Part shown: positions 48,908 to 59,435 of the stretch, piece by piece
How positions within the stretch are numbered: position 1 is the first letter of the stretch
How the letters are laid out: every line of letters starts with the position of its first letter
Origin: an uncultured Legionellales bacterium
GTDB lineage: Bacteria; Pseudomonadota; Gammaproteobacteria; Eutrophobiales; Eutrophobiaceae
Reading direction: 5' to 3'
DNA length: 64,000 nucleotides
NCBI GenBank assembly: GCA_913046215.1
Contig: CAJWRJ010000001.1
Coordinates: forward strand, 72,897-136,896
Made by a program: the position numbers and the translations under genes
Notes under the pieces: generated by a model
What the model was told of the DNA's origin: nothing
Seen by the model: only the letters and a program-made list of their open reading frames with translations
Databases searched by the model: none

Positions 48908-50233
48908 TTAGTGCGTAAGAAGTAATCTATTGAGTTCTTCTGGAGTATAAACCGGTTTTGATTTGAATCCATCAATTTCAATTGATACCGAATCCGCGTT
49001 TGACTCATAGATCTTGATTAATTTATACCACCCCTCCTTTCTATGTGCGATATCTAAGAATTCAGAAATTTTAGGATTACCTATATTGCCAAATATATTA
49101 ATTGTTAGTGGCGGCATTCGTGTTTCTTTATCAACAAGTAAAACTCCAGCCTCTTCAACCCGTGCAGTTGCAACTTCAGGAATTGATAGATAGCGTAAGC
49201 CATGCTTTACAACATCATTATAATTATCTTTATTGCTATAAAATTTTAAGAGATTAGCAAATCGTGTTAATGAAATATTTTCATCTATCTGACATCTCGC
49301 AGCATTATCATTTGTATTATAGATTGTATTGCAAAATCCAAAAAAGCTATTTCTAAAATTTGAATTAATAAAATCTAATGATTGACATGAATAATCCAAA
49401 TATTTTTTGTTAAATGTACATCGATAAAGTTGCAACATTGCTCTCGCCATTGCTAATGTGTCCGATAAATATTGTGTACTTTTGGTAGTTTTATTTTTTC
49501 TGTACCCTCCGTCTGAATTTCTAAAACTATCATTAATCCACTTAGCAGCCTTTATTGCCATAGATAAACTTTTTGTATCTCCACAGTACTCAGCATGTGT
49601 TCCGAGAGCTTCAATTAACCAACCGTTATCCCTAGTTAAAACTTGTTTATTAATTTCTGGAATTCCAATTTCTTCACGTTTTAATTTTTGAAGAGAAAAA
49701 TATTTAACTGAATCTATTCCTGATATAGCACCTGATTGACTTGTATAGAACACACCATTTCTGGACGTCATAAAATTCAAAACATATTTTTGAATTGATT
49801 TTGTTACATCCAGGTAATTACCTGACTTCATGTAACTATATGCAAGTGAATATAGTCTTAAATGTCCGGCTTGTGCTGCTATTGTTTTTCTATAGTGAGG
49901 CATATCCCACCTACCAAGTGTTGAGTATTGATAGACACCGCCCCACACGGGATCGATTAAAGCTATGGCATTATCGAGTGTCAATTTAGCCATTCTTTTT
50001 TCATTAATATCACCATTGCTACCAGTTTCTAAAGAATATTCAACGCTATCTCGATCAATAAATTTTATTGGTGAGGATATCCCGCCATATTTCCAATCGA
50101 AACTAGAGTGATGCATATACTTAAGACGACGACGACATTTATTACTTAATACTGGATTAATCTTATCTTTTAATTTTATTTTTTTTTCAATAGGAATAGG
50201 ATTTTCATATGTTGATTTCAAAAGCGTATGCAT
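48908..50233 (-). CDS. YyaL/SSP411-like (alpha/alpha)6 six-hairpin domain protein lacking the N-terminal thioredoxin domain
   Basis: 441 aa. WGGVYQYSTLGRWDMPHYRKTIAAQAGHL matches the GGF-x-RYS-x-D-x-RW-x-VPHFEKMLYDQA block of DUF255/YyaL proteins. There is no CXXC thioredoxin segment and no upstream coding space for one. Confidence 0.4.
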   Translation of the reverse strand: MHTLLKSTYENPIPIEKKIKLKDKINPVLSNKCRRRLKYMHHSSFDWKYGGISSPIKFIDRDSVEYSLETGSNGDINEKRMAKLTLDNAIALIDPVWGGVYQYSTLGRWDMPHYRKTIAAQAGHLRLYSLAYSYMKSGNYLDVTKSIQKYVLNFMTSRNGVFYTSQSGAISGIDSVKYFSLQKLKREEIGIPEINKQVLTRDNGWLIEALGTHAEYCGDTKSLSMAIKAAKWINDSFRNSDGGYRKNKTTKSTQYLSDTLAMARAMLQLYRCTFNKKYLDYSCQSLDFINSNFRNSFFGFCNTIYNTNDNAARCQIDENISLTRFANLLKFYSNKDNYNDVVKHGLRYLSIPEVATARVEEAGVLLVDKETRMPPLTINIFGNIGNPKISEFLDIAHRKEGWYKLIKIYESNADSVSIEIDGFKSKPVYTPEELNRLLLTH

Positions 50234-50270
50234 TATTTTCTCCGAATTCTTAGTTTATTTTTTTTATAGA

Positions 50271-50324
50271 ATTAAAAAATTGCTCTGACCAAAAGCAGGT
50301 GAGAACCACTTGCTTTGGCCAGAA
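50271..50324 (-). terminator. putative intrinsic terminator after the OmpA-like gene
   Basis: Imperfect ~17-bp stem (TCTGACCAAAAGCAGGTG / CACTTGCTTTGGCCAGA) with a 6-nt loop. On the minus strand it is followed by GCAATTTTTTAAT. Confidence 0.45.
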
Positions 50325-50364
50325 CTGAGAGGTAGGTATTATGAGGAGGGAAGAAATTCTCATT

Positions 50365-51075
50365 TTAAGTTTCTTGATTTAATGTCAAGTTAATAGTTAC
50401 TCGACGATCAAATACATATGATTCACTATCACCTTCATATGCTGAAGCTTCACGTTCGCCATGTGCTTGTATTTGGAATCTATTATTGGTGATTCCTACT
50501 TTTAAGAATTCATTGCGAACATTTTCTATTCTTTCTTTACTTAGTTTTAAATTATAATTATCAGAACCACGATAATCAGTGTACCCACTAATCTGTATTT
50601 GAATTTTTGGATACTCTTTTAATAATTTAGCTAAGTTATGTATTTCTGGAAGTATATCTTGATTAATTTTTGCATCATTAGTTTTGTAATATATTGTATA
50701 TGAGATTCCATCACTCAGTTTTTCCAACGAATGAATTTCTTTTTTCAGCATGACTTTTTGAAATTCCTGTTGAAATTTAGATTTAGTTTCAGCTAACTCA
50801 TTTTGTTGGTACGCAAGCTGAATACTTTTTTCATTCAATTCTTTTTCAAGACTTGCAATAGTTTCGTCAGTTTTGTTTTCACGATCACCCAACCAAACCC
50901 CACCACCTGCACCCACGACAGCTCCAACGGGACCAGCTATTAAGCCACCTATTAGACTGCCTAATCCAAAACCAATATTTTCTTTAGTTGAGGCATAATT
51001 AGTTTCTGTATCTTCTGCATTAACAGATTGATGACCTATTAGGCATATTAAAATTAAAGTCTTAAATAATTTCAT
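50365..51075 (-). CDS. OmpA-family peptidoglycan-binding protein with N-terminal glycine-zipper
   Basis: 236 aa. Signal peptide, a Gly-zipper (GLGSLIGGLIAGPVGAVVGAGGGVWLG), a coiled-coil, and a C-terminal OmpA_C domain (ISGYTDYRGSDNYNLKLSKERIENVRNEF...RRV). Confidence 0.8.
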   Translation of the reverse strand: MKLFKTLILICLIGHQSVNAEDTETNYASTKENIGFGLGSLIGGLIAGPVGAVVGAGGGVWLGDRENKTDETIASLEKELNEKSIQLAYQQNELAETKSKFQQEFQKVMLKKEIHSLEKLSDGISYTIYYKTNDAKINQDILPEIHNLAKLLKEYPKIQIQISGYTDYRGSDNYNLKLSKERIENVRNEFLKVGITNNRFQIQAHGEREASAYEGDSESYVFDRRVTINLTLNQET

Positions 51076-51263
51076 GATTCATTTCTCCTTGACCTTGAAT
51101 AAATTTAGACTCTATTAAACACTCTACAAATGGCAGAAGAAGGCTAGGATTAGGGAAATGTGATGATAAAATGTGGCAAAAAAGTGATATTCAGGCTCAA
51201 TAGGTTTAAATAATTTAAGGACTGTTTTATGGTGTATACATCATAAAAACGGGGAGCAGATTA

Positions 51264-51968
51264 ATGCCAAAACAAATACTTCTGGTCGAGGATGAACTTA
51301 TAATTTGTGATAACTATGCTAAGGCAATAAGACAGCATGGGTATGAAGTATTAACATGCCAAACTAAATCTGAGGGAATCGCATTTATAGATAAGCATCT
51401 ACCTGATTTAGCTATTTTGGATATAGGATTAGGCGATGAAGTTGAAGCAGGTTTTGAACTTTGCAGAGAGATACGCACTCGCTCGACTGTTCTTCCAATA
51501 ATATTTTTAACTGCGAGAGATTCTGATCTTGATATGGTTAGCGGTTTGAGGTTAGGTGCTGATGATTATCTTAGTAAAGATACTTCCATGGATAATTTGC
51601 TTGCCCGCATAGCTGCGTTATTTCGGCGTATCGATGCTCAGCAATTAACTGAAAATAGAGGAGATCAAATAGTTCGTGGCAAATTGACTGTGGATGCTGA
51701 TCGTTTAAGAGTTGAGTGGGATGGAAAAAAAATAGATTTAAGTTTAACTGAATTTTGGATGGTTCATTCATTAGCGAAAAGAGTAGGTCACGTGAAAAAT
51801 AAAGATCAATTAATGAATGATTCGTATCAAAAAGATAGAAATCAAATTGTTGCAGATAATACAATTACATCGCATCTAAAAAGAATAAGAAAAAAATTTC
51901 TAGAGCAGGATAAAAATTTTAATCAAATTGAAACTGTTTATGGTGTTGGCTATCGTTGGAAATCTTAA
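51264..51968 (+). CDS. OmpR-family two-component response regulator
   Basis: 234 aa. Receiver domain (LVEDE...LAILDIGLGD...LTAR) plus a winged-helix output domain (TVYGVGYRWK). Confidence 0.9.
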   Translation: MPKQILLVEDELIICDNYAKAIRQHGYEVLTCQTKSEGIAFIDKHLPDLAILDIGLGDEVEAGFELCREIRTRSTVLPIIFLTARDSDLDMVSGLRLGADDYLSKDTSMDNLLARIAALFRRIDAQQLTENRGDQIVRGKLTVDADRLRVEWDGKKIDLSLTEFWMVHSLAKRVGHVKNKDQLMNDSYQKDRNQIVADNTITSHLKRIRKKFLEQDKNFNQIETVYGVGYRWKS

Positions 51969-51986
51969 GGACTACATTATTTTTAA

Positions 51987-54047
51987 ATGTTTAATTCCAA
52001 AATAAAAATATCCCTACGTAGTAAATTAATGCTGATGTCAATTTCAGTTTTGATTATCCCATATATTGGTTTTGAGTATATAAAGCAAACAGAGACCTAT
52101 TTGAGGTCAGAACTCGAAAAATCACTAGCATATATATCAACTGCTGTTGCAAGTGGTTTAGATAATGAACCAAGTTTTTTTAGAACAAGTTTCTCAGAGG
52201 AAAAGGATGCTTTATATGTTCACAAGTTAAATAATCATCTTATAGAGATAGATGGCTATATAAGTGATTGGAGATCATATCTTAAGTGGTCGCGCTCATT
52301 TGAGTCTATTTCACTGACAAATAAAGATAATTTTAGACTATTTTTGAGTGAGGATAGGCAGTATTACAATATTTTACTTCAGGTTGAGGATGATCAATTA
52401 ATCTATCGAACACCTGGAAGTAATGAGATTAATGGCGATCATATAGTTTTAGTATATCGTGACAAGTACGCAAGACTAAAAAAAATCTATATTAGTCCTA
52501 TAACAAGTGGCGTTGTCTATCCATTTTCAATTCAGGAGTTCTTCAATGAATATACACTCATTAAAGAAAAAAAAGAAAAGCCACTTACAAATCTAAAGTC
52601 ATTTATTCAAGAGACTAATAAAGGTTTTAATATAGAAGTAAAAATTCCACTTGATATGATCGGTGATAATCTAGGTTTTGTATTTAATGATTATGATATT
52701 AGGAATGGCGCAAAAAATGTAATAAGGACTTTTGCAATTGAACCAAATAAAATTGTTCGTTCATCAAAAGACATTATAGATAAAATTCCGGATCATATTG
52801 ATAAAGTAGGAAAAAGAATATGGATACTTGATAAACATGGCTTAGTGTTAGCTAGTACTGGCAGTTTAAAACAGAAATTAAAAGAGAATGTTTTTAATAT
52901 TCTATATACCTTTTTACTCCCGCCAGCTTATGATCAATTTGAGGACGATTTAGCAGGTGCGTCACAACTTAAAGGTGTGGAGATAGAAAGCGCGTTAAAG
53001 GGGATTCAAAAAACAAAATGGCGTTCGTCACCAGATAATAGGGCGGTTATAGTGTCTGCTGCGACTCCTATTTATTTCGATAAAGAAATTATCGGTGCTG
53101 TTGTTGTTGAAGAAACTACAAATAATATTCAGTTTATGCAAAGACAGGTATTATCTGATTTTTTTGACGAAGCTCTATTCACACTAGCTTTTATCGTTTT
53201 TCTTCTATTATTATTTGCTAGTCGATTATCATCTAGACTTATAAAACTGAATCGTGATGCAACTAGTGCGATTGATGAGCACGGGAAAGTACAGGGAGAA
53301 TTTACTTCAAGTAGTTCCAGCGATGAAATCGGCGAGTTATCACGAAGTTTTAGCAGTATCCTGAAGCGACTAGACCAATATCATCATTATCTAGAGGGTA
53401 TGACCGGACGTTTATCGCATGAGCTAAGAACACCCATGACTATTGTTAAATCTTCCTTAGATAGAATGGAGAAAGAAAGTCACGAGGATGAAAAAAAAGA
53501 GGCGCTTAATCGTGCTAAGCAAGGACTTGATCGATTACAAAATCTTTTAAATAGATTAAGTGAAGCCGCCAGCATTGAACAGGCTCTTCAAGAGGGCGAT
53601 AAACAAAGCATAATTTTGAATGCTTTTTTAGAACAATGCATTGATGGCTACAGAAATGCGTTCCCAAATCAAGAATTTGATTTAAACACGCCTAGTGATG
53701 ATTTTGAAATGAATATTGATGGCGAATTATTTTCTCAGATGTTGGACAAAATTATTAGTAATGCGGTAAATTTTTCACATCCTGATAAGCCAATACTTAT
53801 AAATTTAATTCATAATTTAGATCACGCAACAATAGAAATTATTAATTATGGCTCTCCTTTACCACAGAATATGACTGATGAATTATTTAATTCAATGGTT
53901 TCAATACCTGGCAACAGAACTGATGCGGGCCCGCATTTAGGTTTGGGATTATTTATTGCAAGACTTATTGCTGAATTTCATGGCGGAGTAATTTCAGCAA
54001 GTAATTTACAAGACCAAAAAGGCGTTTGTTTTAGTATAAAAATCTAG
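51987..54047 (+). CDS. sensor histidine kinase with a large periplasmic sensor domain
   Basis: 686 aa. Two TM helices flank a ~360-aa periplasmic region. H-box LSHELRTPMT and an HATPase domain (GLGLFIARLIAEFHGG). Confidence 0.88.
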   Translation: MFNSKIKISLRSKLMLMSISVLIIPYIGFEYIKQTETYLRSELEKSLAYISTAVASGLDNEPSFFRTSFSEEKDALYVHKLNNHLIEIDGYISDWRSYLKWSRSFESISLTNKDNFRLFLSEDRQYYNILLQVEDDQLIYRTPGSNEINGDHIVLVYRDKYARLKKIYISPITSGVVYPFSIQEFFNEYTLIKEKKEKPLTNLKSFIQETNKGFNIEVKIPLDMIGDNLGFVFNDYDIRNGAKNVIRTFAIEPNKIVRSSKDIIDKIPDHIDKVGKRIWILDKHGLVLASTGSLKQKLKENVFNILYTFLLPPAYDQFEDDLAGASQLKGVEIESALKGIQKTKWRSSPDNRAVIVSAATPIYFDKEIIGAVVVEETTNNIQFMQRQVLSDFFDEALFTLAFIVFLLLLFASRLSSRLIKLNRDATSAIDEHGKVQGEFTSSSSSDEIGELSRSFSSILKRLDQYHHYLEGMTGRLSHELRTPMTIVKSSLDRMEKESHEDEKKEALNRAKQGLDRLQNLLNRLSEAASIEQALQEGDKQSIILNAFLEQCIDGYRNAFPNQEFDLNTPSDDFEMNIDGELFSQMLDKIISNAVNFSHPDKPILINLIHNLDHATIEIINYGSPLPQNMTDELFNSMVSIPGNRTDAGPHLGLGLFIARLIAEFHGGVISASNLQDQKGVCFSIKI

Positions 54048-54064
54048 TTATCTGTAGTTTATTA

Positions 54065-54913
54065 TTAACTATTTTCTTCCCATAAATGCCAAACTGGTTT
54101 CAAATCACTAGGAAGATGCGGTAACTTTCCAAATTTATTCCAGGTATTATTTTCATTATGAAAGTCTGAGCCAATGGATGCAGATAACCCATATTTTTTT
54201 GCAATATTTGAAGCCAGTAGAATTTCACTTTTTTGATCATGGCTTGTGATTACCTCGATTGCCGCACCCCCAAGACTTTTAAATTCCTCGATTAAACTTT
54301 CCAATTTTGTAGCCGTCATGTTATATCTTAGCGGATGCGCTATTACTGCAATTCCTTTAGCTTTCTTAATAAGATTTATTATTTCACTAAGTTCTGGCCA
54401 TTTAGGTGAATAATAACCTGGTTTATTTTTAACAAGAAAACGTTTAAATACATCCGAATTATTTTTTGCATATTTTTTTTCTATTAGAAATTTGGCAAAA
54501 TGATGACGTGTGATATTTTCACCACCAGAAATTTTCTTTACATATTCAAAGGCACCTTCAATACCAGCTTTAGATAATTTTTGACCAATTTTTTTTGCTC
54601 TATCCTGTCTTAATGAACTTAATTTTTTGCATGCATTAATTAAATCTAAATTATTGATATTTAAATTCAGTCCTACAATATGAATGGATCTATTTTGCCA
54701 TTGCGTTGATAATTCAACGCCATTTATTAATTTGATATGTCGTTTTATAGCCTCTTTTTTTGCATCTTCGAGTCCTGAAATAGTGTCATGATCAGTAAGT
54801 GCCATCATTTTTATTCCATTATTTGATGCCTTATTTATAAGATCTTTTGGCGTTAATTGACCGTCCGATTTATTCGAATGTGTATGTAAGTCGATTGTTG
54901 AATATTCAGACAC
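54065..54913 (-). CDS. PHP-domain phosphoesterase (TrpH/YciV family)
   Basis: 282 aa with IDLHTHSNKSDGQLTP...MALTDHDT and HP...GSDFH metal-binding motifs. Confidence 0.85.
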   Translation of the reverse strand: MSEYSTIDLHTHSNKSDGQLTPKDLINKASNNGIKMMALTDHDTISGLEDAKKEAIKRHIKLINGVELSTQWQNRSIHIVGLNLNINNLDLINACKKLSSLRQDRAKKIGQKLSKAGIEGAFEYVKKISGGENITRHHFAKFLIEKKYAKNNSDVFKRFLVKNKPGYYSPKWPELSEIINLIKKAKGIAVIAHPLRYNMTATKLESLIEEFKSLGGAAIEVITSHDQKSEILLASNIAKKYGLSASIGSDFHNENNTWNKFGKLPHLPSDLKPVWHLWEENS

Positions 54914-54922
54914 TTGAAGTTT

Positions 54923-55405
54923 TCAATCGCGAAAGTTTATATATTGAAGAGGAATGTTTATCTTTGTTTTTTTTAGTTCGGAGATTGCATTTTGTAGATC
55001 ATCACGTTTTTTTCCAGAAATTCTCACCTGTTCACCTTGAATTGAGGCTTGTATTTTTAGCTTACTATTTTTTATCATCTTCACAATTAATTTTGCTTTA
55101 TCTTTATCTATTCCTTTTTTTATTTTTATAATTTGCCTAGCCTCATTATTATTTTCTACTATTTCTTCATATTCAAGACATCGTATGTCTATTCCTCGTT
55201 TATTAAGTTTATTTTTTAGGATGTCATTTATTTGTTTAATTTGAAATTCTGATTTAGATACAATCGTTAGCACCCATTCATTGAGATCTATTTTTGAATC
55301 TGTTCCCTTGAAGTCAAAACGTGTACTAATTTCCCTATTTGCTTGATCGATAGCATTAGTCAATTCTTGCTGCTCAATTTCTGAAACCACATCAAAAGAA
55401 GGCAT
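54923..55405 (-). CDS. yajQ: YajQ-family (UPF0234) nucleotide-binding protein
   Basis: 160 aa, MPSFDVVSEIEQQELTNAIDQANREISTRFDFKGT. Colinear with YajQ. Confidence 0.88.
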   Translation of the reverse strand: MPSFDVVSEIEQQELTNAIDQANREISTRFDFKGTDSKIDLNEWVLTIVSKSEFQIKQINDILKNKLNKRGIDIRCLEYEEIVENNNEARQIIKIKKGIDKDKAKLIVKMIKNSKLKIQASIQGEQVRISGKKRDDLQNAISELKKTKINIPLQYINFRD

Positions 55406-55425
55406 TATAGTTTCCTCGCCAATAT

Positions 55426-55761
55426 TTATTTATTAATTCTAGTTTCTTGTATGATTATACCATCAGGGTGATTTAATCGAATAGATTGCGGTTTTTGCCC
55501 TATTAGAAAGGCATTACCACTGAATCTATTAATACCATCGGTGCTAAATTCAAAATAATAATACCTATAAAATACAAAATTACCTGCGGTATTACGTCCC
55601 GTATTTAGTTTTTTTACCGCCACACTTTCATCTAGAAATTGTAAATTTATTTCCCCACAATATTTTTTTGCAAATGATATTGCTACCTCACGAGCAGCTA
55701 GCGAATCAATCCAAAAGATAATTACAGCTGCAAGACAGATCAAAAAAAGAATAATATCCAT
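55426..55761 (-). CDS. DUF3301-like small membrane-anchored protein
   Basis: 111 aa. N-terminal TM helix followed by ...WIDSLAAREVAISFAKKYCGEINLQFLDESVAVKKL...FYRYYYFEFSTDG, resembling the DUF3301 pattern. Confidence 0.45.
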   Translation of the reverse strand: MDIILFLICLAAVIIFWIDSLAAREVAISFAKKYCGEINLQFLDESVAVKKLNTGRNTAGNFVFYRYYYFEFSTDGINRFSGNAFLIGQKPQSIRLNHPDGIIIQETRINK

Positions 55762-55765
55762 CTAA

Positions 55766-56767
55766 CTACTTTGAAATAAATGGCTCAAAATATTCATTGT
55801 ATTCCTCATAAAAATTTTCATCATTTTTTATGATTAAATATACTCCTATTTTTAGTTCATTTGCCAATTCTATTGTTTTTGCTGGACCTAAGACCATGAA
55901 TGCTGTCGCCAGAGCATCTGCGTTCATTGCTGTTTTATCCAGTACGGTAACTGATGCCAATTTATGTTTTATTGGTTTACCGGTATTCGGGTTAATTGTA
56001 TGCGAGTAGCGCACTCCATTTTTTTCAAAGTAGTTCCTATAATCACCAGATGTAGCCATGGCTATATCTTTAAGTCCAATAATTTTTACAAGATTATTAT
56101 TAGGATTTTCAATTCCTATTTGCCATACTTCATTATCTTCATTTGTCCCTTTAGCAATCAACTCCCCACCAATTTCAACTAAATAATTTTCTAAGTTATA
56201 GCTATTTAAATATAGTGCAATTTTATCTACTGCAAAACCTTTTGCTATTCCTGAGAGGTCTACATATAGATCAGGGTGTAATTTTTTTATACTTGTAGTT
56301 TCCTTGTTTAGATAGATTTTCTTATATCCAATGTTTTTCTTTATTAATTCAATCTCTTCATTAGATGGTATTTTATTTTCTGATTTATTAGGACCAAAAC
56401 CCCATAGATTTACCAAAGGACCAACCGTTATATCAAACGCTCCATTTGTAGTTTTACTTATAGTATTTGCATGAGAGATTACTTTGAATAAGTCATCAGA
56501 TATGAGATTCGAATCTAAGCTATTTGAAAAATTGATCACGGATAATTCTGAATCTACTATATATGTCGACATTTTCTGATTAATTTCTAATAGTATTTTT
56601 TCGATGTCAGCACGTATTTTTTCTTGATTAACTACGGCATCAGCCGTTTTAATTTTTATACTATAGGTGGTTCCCATAGTTAATCCATTGATTAACACAA
56701 TTTTATAATTATTATTTTGACAGGCACCGGTGCCTATCATTAGGAATATTATTATCAAAATTCGCAT
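55766..56767 (-). CDS. apbE: FAD:protein FMN transferase (ApbE family) lipoprotein
   Basis: 333 aa. Lipobox (IGTGAC), MGTTYSIKI, FDITVGPL...WGFGP and DLSGIAKGFAVDKIA are ApbE hallmarks. Confidence 0.88.
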   Translation of the reverse strand: MRILIIIFLMIGTGACQNNNYKIVLINGLTMGTTYSIKIKTADAVVNQEKIRADIEKILLEINQKMSTYIVDSELSVINFSNSLDSNLISDDLFKVISHANTISKTTNGAFDITVGPLVNLWGFGPNKSENKIPSNEEIELIKKNIGYKKIYLNKETTSIKKLHPDLYVDLSGIAKGFAVDKIALYLNSYNLENYLVEIGGELIAKGTNEDNEVWQIGIENPNNNLVKIIGLKDIAMATSGDYRNYFEKNGVRYSHTINPNTGKPIKHKLASVTVLDKTAMNADALATAFMVLGPAKTIELANELKIGVYLIIKNDENFYEEYNEYFEPFISK

Positions 56768-56832
56768 AGTAATTTTTTTGTAAAATATAAATAAAATAGT
56801 ATAATCAGTTATAATTTATCGATCACAGAAAT

Positions 56833-57546
56833 TTGACTCACCCACATAATAACAAGAAAAAGAAAAAATCGCTTTCTCAGGAAAGTGTCATATCCTATCT
56901 TAGTTCAAATCCAAATTTTTTATTTGAAAACGAATCGTTATTGATAGAGTTATTAGTGCCTCATAAATTAAAGGGCAATGTGCATTCATTAATTGAACGT
57001 CAAGTAAAAGTTCTGCGCGAGGAAAATGCTCGATTTAAAAATGCGACTATAGCTCACATGAAAGCTGCAGATAAGGAAGCAAAAAGGAGAAAAGGTATTC
57101 GAGAATCTATTCTAACAATACTCGATATTGGTACATTAGAAGAATATGGAGAATTTTTATTTTCATTTCTAACTAAATTCCAAAGTACTAATTATTTTAG
57201 ATTATTTATTTTTAATGATAATTTTGATATAAAAAATATAAAAAATATATTTTTTGTTGGTAGTCATTCTAGAATACGTTTTCTATTTACGGAGATATTT
57301 AATAGAAATAAGTCGTTATGTAGTAGCTTGCAAGAAGAACAATTACAAATTTTATTTGGTTCTGATACTAAAAAAATAAAATCAAATTTATTGATACCGA
57401 TTAATTATAACGGTTTGGACGGATTATTAGCATTAGGTAGTCATAAAGAAAATCAATATGGTATTGGTGAAGATTTAGAGGCGTTGGAATTCGTTATAAA
57501 ATTATCAATGTTTAAATTTAAAAGTATTGTTACACAGCAATACTAA
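56833..57546 (+). CDS. DUF484-family protein (YigA-like)
   Basis: 237 aa. N-terminal VISYLSSNPNFLFENESLLIELLVPH...GNVHSLIERQVKVLREEN matches the DUF484 signature. Confidence 0.7.
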   Translation: MTHPHNNKKKKKSLSQESVISYLSSNPNFLFENESLLIELLVPHKLKGNVHSLIERQVKVLREENARFKNATIAHMKAADKEAKRRKGIRESILTILDIGTLEEYGEFLFSFLTKFQSTNYFRLFIFNDNFDIKNIKNIFFVGSHSRIRFLFTEIFNRNKSLCSSLQEEQLQILFGSDTKKIKSNLLIPINYNGLDGLLALGSHKENQYGIGEDLEALEFVIKLSMFKFKSIVTQQY

Positions 57547-57578
57547 TCTTTTGATCTATTAAGCTATCCAATATTTTT

Positions 57579-59423
57579 TCATGAATGCGACTGCCGTACA
57601 CCATAGAGCTTCGCGTAAAGACCGTCTTGAGTGAGCAGCTGATGATGTGTTCCTTGCTCCCCTATTTGACCAGACTCGAATACATATACACGATTTGCTT
57701 GTTTTATGGCACTTAGTCTGTGCGCAACAATAATTGTTGTTTTATCAACGAGAAAATCAGATAGCGCCTCATGAAGATGATATTCAGTTTCAGCATCCAA
57801 TGCTGAGGTCGCTTCATCAAGGATTACGACACTTGGTTTGCTGAGCACCATTCTTGCAATTGCAAGTCGCTGACGCTGACCACCAGATAATCTAATCCCT
57901 TGGCGTCCCACTATGGTATCTAGTTTTTTTGGAAGTTGTTCAACTGTATCTTTGAGTTGCGCTATTTCAAGTGCATGCCACAGTTCTTTATCACTAATAT
58001 CACGACCTAGTGTTAGATTTACCCTAACGCTATCATTAAATAATGCAGGATTTTGTAATACAGTGGCTACGTGTTCCCTAACAACATCCAGACCAATATT
58101 TTTGACTGATACGTTGTCATACAGTATATCTCCACTTTTTACTGGGTATAATCCTATCAACACTTGAACTAGTGTTGATTTTCCACCACCACTCGCACCC
58201 ACTAGCGCAACTTTTTCGCCAGCTTCAATTTGAAGTTTTATTCCATTAAGCACATCAGGATTATTACCATAAGAAAAACGTAAATCAGAAATATCAATTG
58301 AAACAGTATTTTTATTTTCGAAAGGATTAATTGTATGTGGATAATTCGGCTCTTGTTCTAGTGTTAATAAGTTATTAATACGACTTAGAGCAGCATTAGC
58401 ATTATAAAAGGAATATTGAATGTTAAGTATCTCTTGTACGGGCCCCATCATATACCAAAGATAACCAAAGACAGCAAACATCTGACCAATTGATAATCCA
58501 GAAAAAACTACCATGATCATAGATACTGCTCTGAATATATCAAAGCCAAATAAGAAAACGACGAAACTTAATCGATTTGCTGCATCACTTTTCCATTGAA
58601 ATGAAACACCATGTTCTCTTACGTCTCTTGCATTTTCAATTACTCTTCTGAAGTAGTGTTTTTCTCTGTTACTAGCACGTATTTGATGTATTGAATCAAG
58701 TGTTTCAGTTAATGATTGTTGAAAGATTGCGAAAGCTGAATTTTCTTTTTTCTTTAATTCCTTAACACGATTTCCTAATATTTTAGTAAAATATATAACA
58801 ATAGGATTTGCAAAAAGTATTAGAAGGGCAATTTGCCAATGCATTATAATTAAAATTATTGCAACTCCAATAATAGTTAAGATAGCTATTAAAAGTTTAC
58901 TAACAGTTGTTCCTACAAACTCATCAACTGTTGATAGGTCTGTTACAAAATATGAGGATACTGTCCCGCTACCTAATGTCTCATACTCAGTCATTGAGAC
59001 TTTATTCAATTTAGATATGAGAGAGTGCCTCATTTTATAGATAAGATCTTTTGAGATAATAGTGAATTGTCTCGTTTGAAAAACACTTAGAATTAATGAT
59101 GTTATACGCAGGAATAATGTGAGTACTAGTATCGATAATATATAAAGCAATGGCCCATGTAATGAGGATGGCATAATATTATTGATAGTTTGTACAACAA
59201 CACCTGGGTTATTGAGTAATACCTCATCCACTAAAAGTGGTAGTAAAAGTGGAACAGGAATACTAGCGAGTGTTGCAATAATTGCGATTATGTTTGCAAG
59301 AATTAACTGTTTTTTATGTTTTTTGGCAACCTCGAAAATATATTTCCAATCGTAAGAGGTTTTACTCGCATAATTTTCAGGCTTATTTTTTATTGTATTT
59401 TCTTTTTCGATGATAGATGTCAT
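57579..59423 (-). CDS. ABC exporter, fused permease/ATPase (MsbA/multidrug-like)
   Basis: 614 aa. Six-TM N-terminal domain, Walker A (GASGGGKST), signature LSGGQRQRLAIAR and Walker B (ILDEATSALD). Confidence 0.9.
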   Translation of the reverse strand: MTSIIEKENTIKNKPENYASKTSYDWKYIFEVAKKHKKQLILANIIAIIATLASIPVPLLLPLLVDEVLLNNPGVVVQTINNIMPSSLHGPLLYILSILVLTLFLRITSLILSVFQTRQFTIISKDLIYKMRHSLISKLNKVSMTEYETLGSGTVSSYFVTDLSTVDEFVGTTVSKLLIAILTIIGVAIILIIMHWQIALLILFANPIVIYFTKILGNRVKELKKKENSAFAIFQQSLTETLDSIHQIRASNREKHYFRRVIENARDVREHGVSFQWKSDAANRLSFVVFLFGFDIFRAVSMIMVVFSGLSIGQMFAVFGYLWYMMGPVQEILNIQYSFYNANAALSRINNLLTLEQEPNYPHTINPFENKNTVSIDISDLRFSYGNNPDVLNGIKLQIEAGEKVALVGASGGGKSTLVQVLIGLYPVKSGDILYDNVSVKNIGLDVVREHVATVLQNPALFNDSVRVNLTLGRDISDKELWHALEIAQLKDTVEQLPKKLDTIVGRQGIRLSGGQRQRLAIARMVLSKPSVVILDEATSALDAETEYHLHEALSDFLVDKTTIIVAHRLSAIKQANRVYVFESGQIGEQGTHHQLLTQDGLYAKLYGVRQSHS

Positions 59424-59435
59424 TTTTTAGTATTT

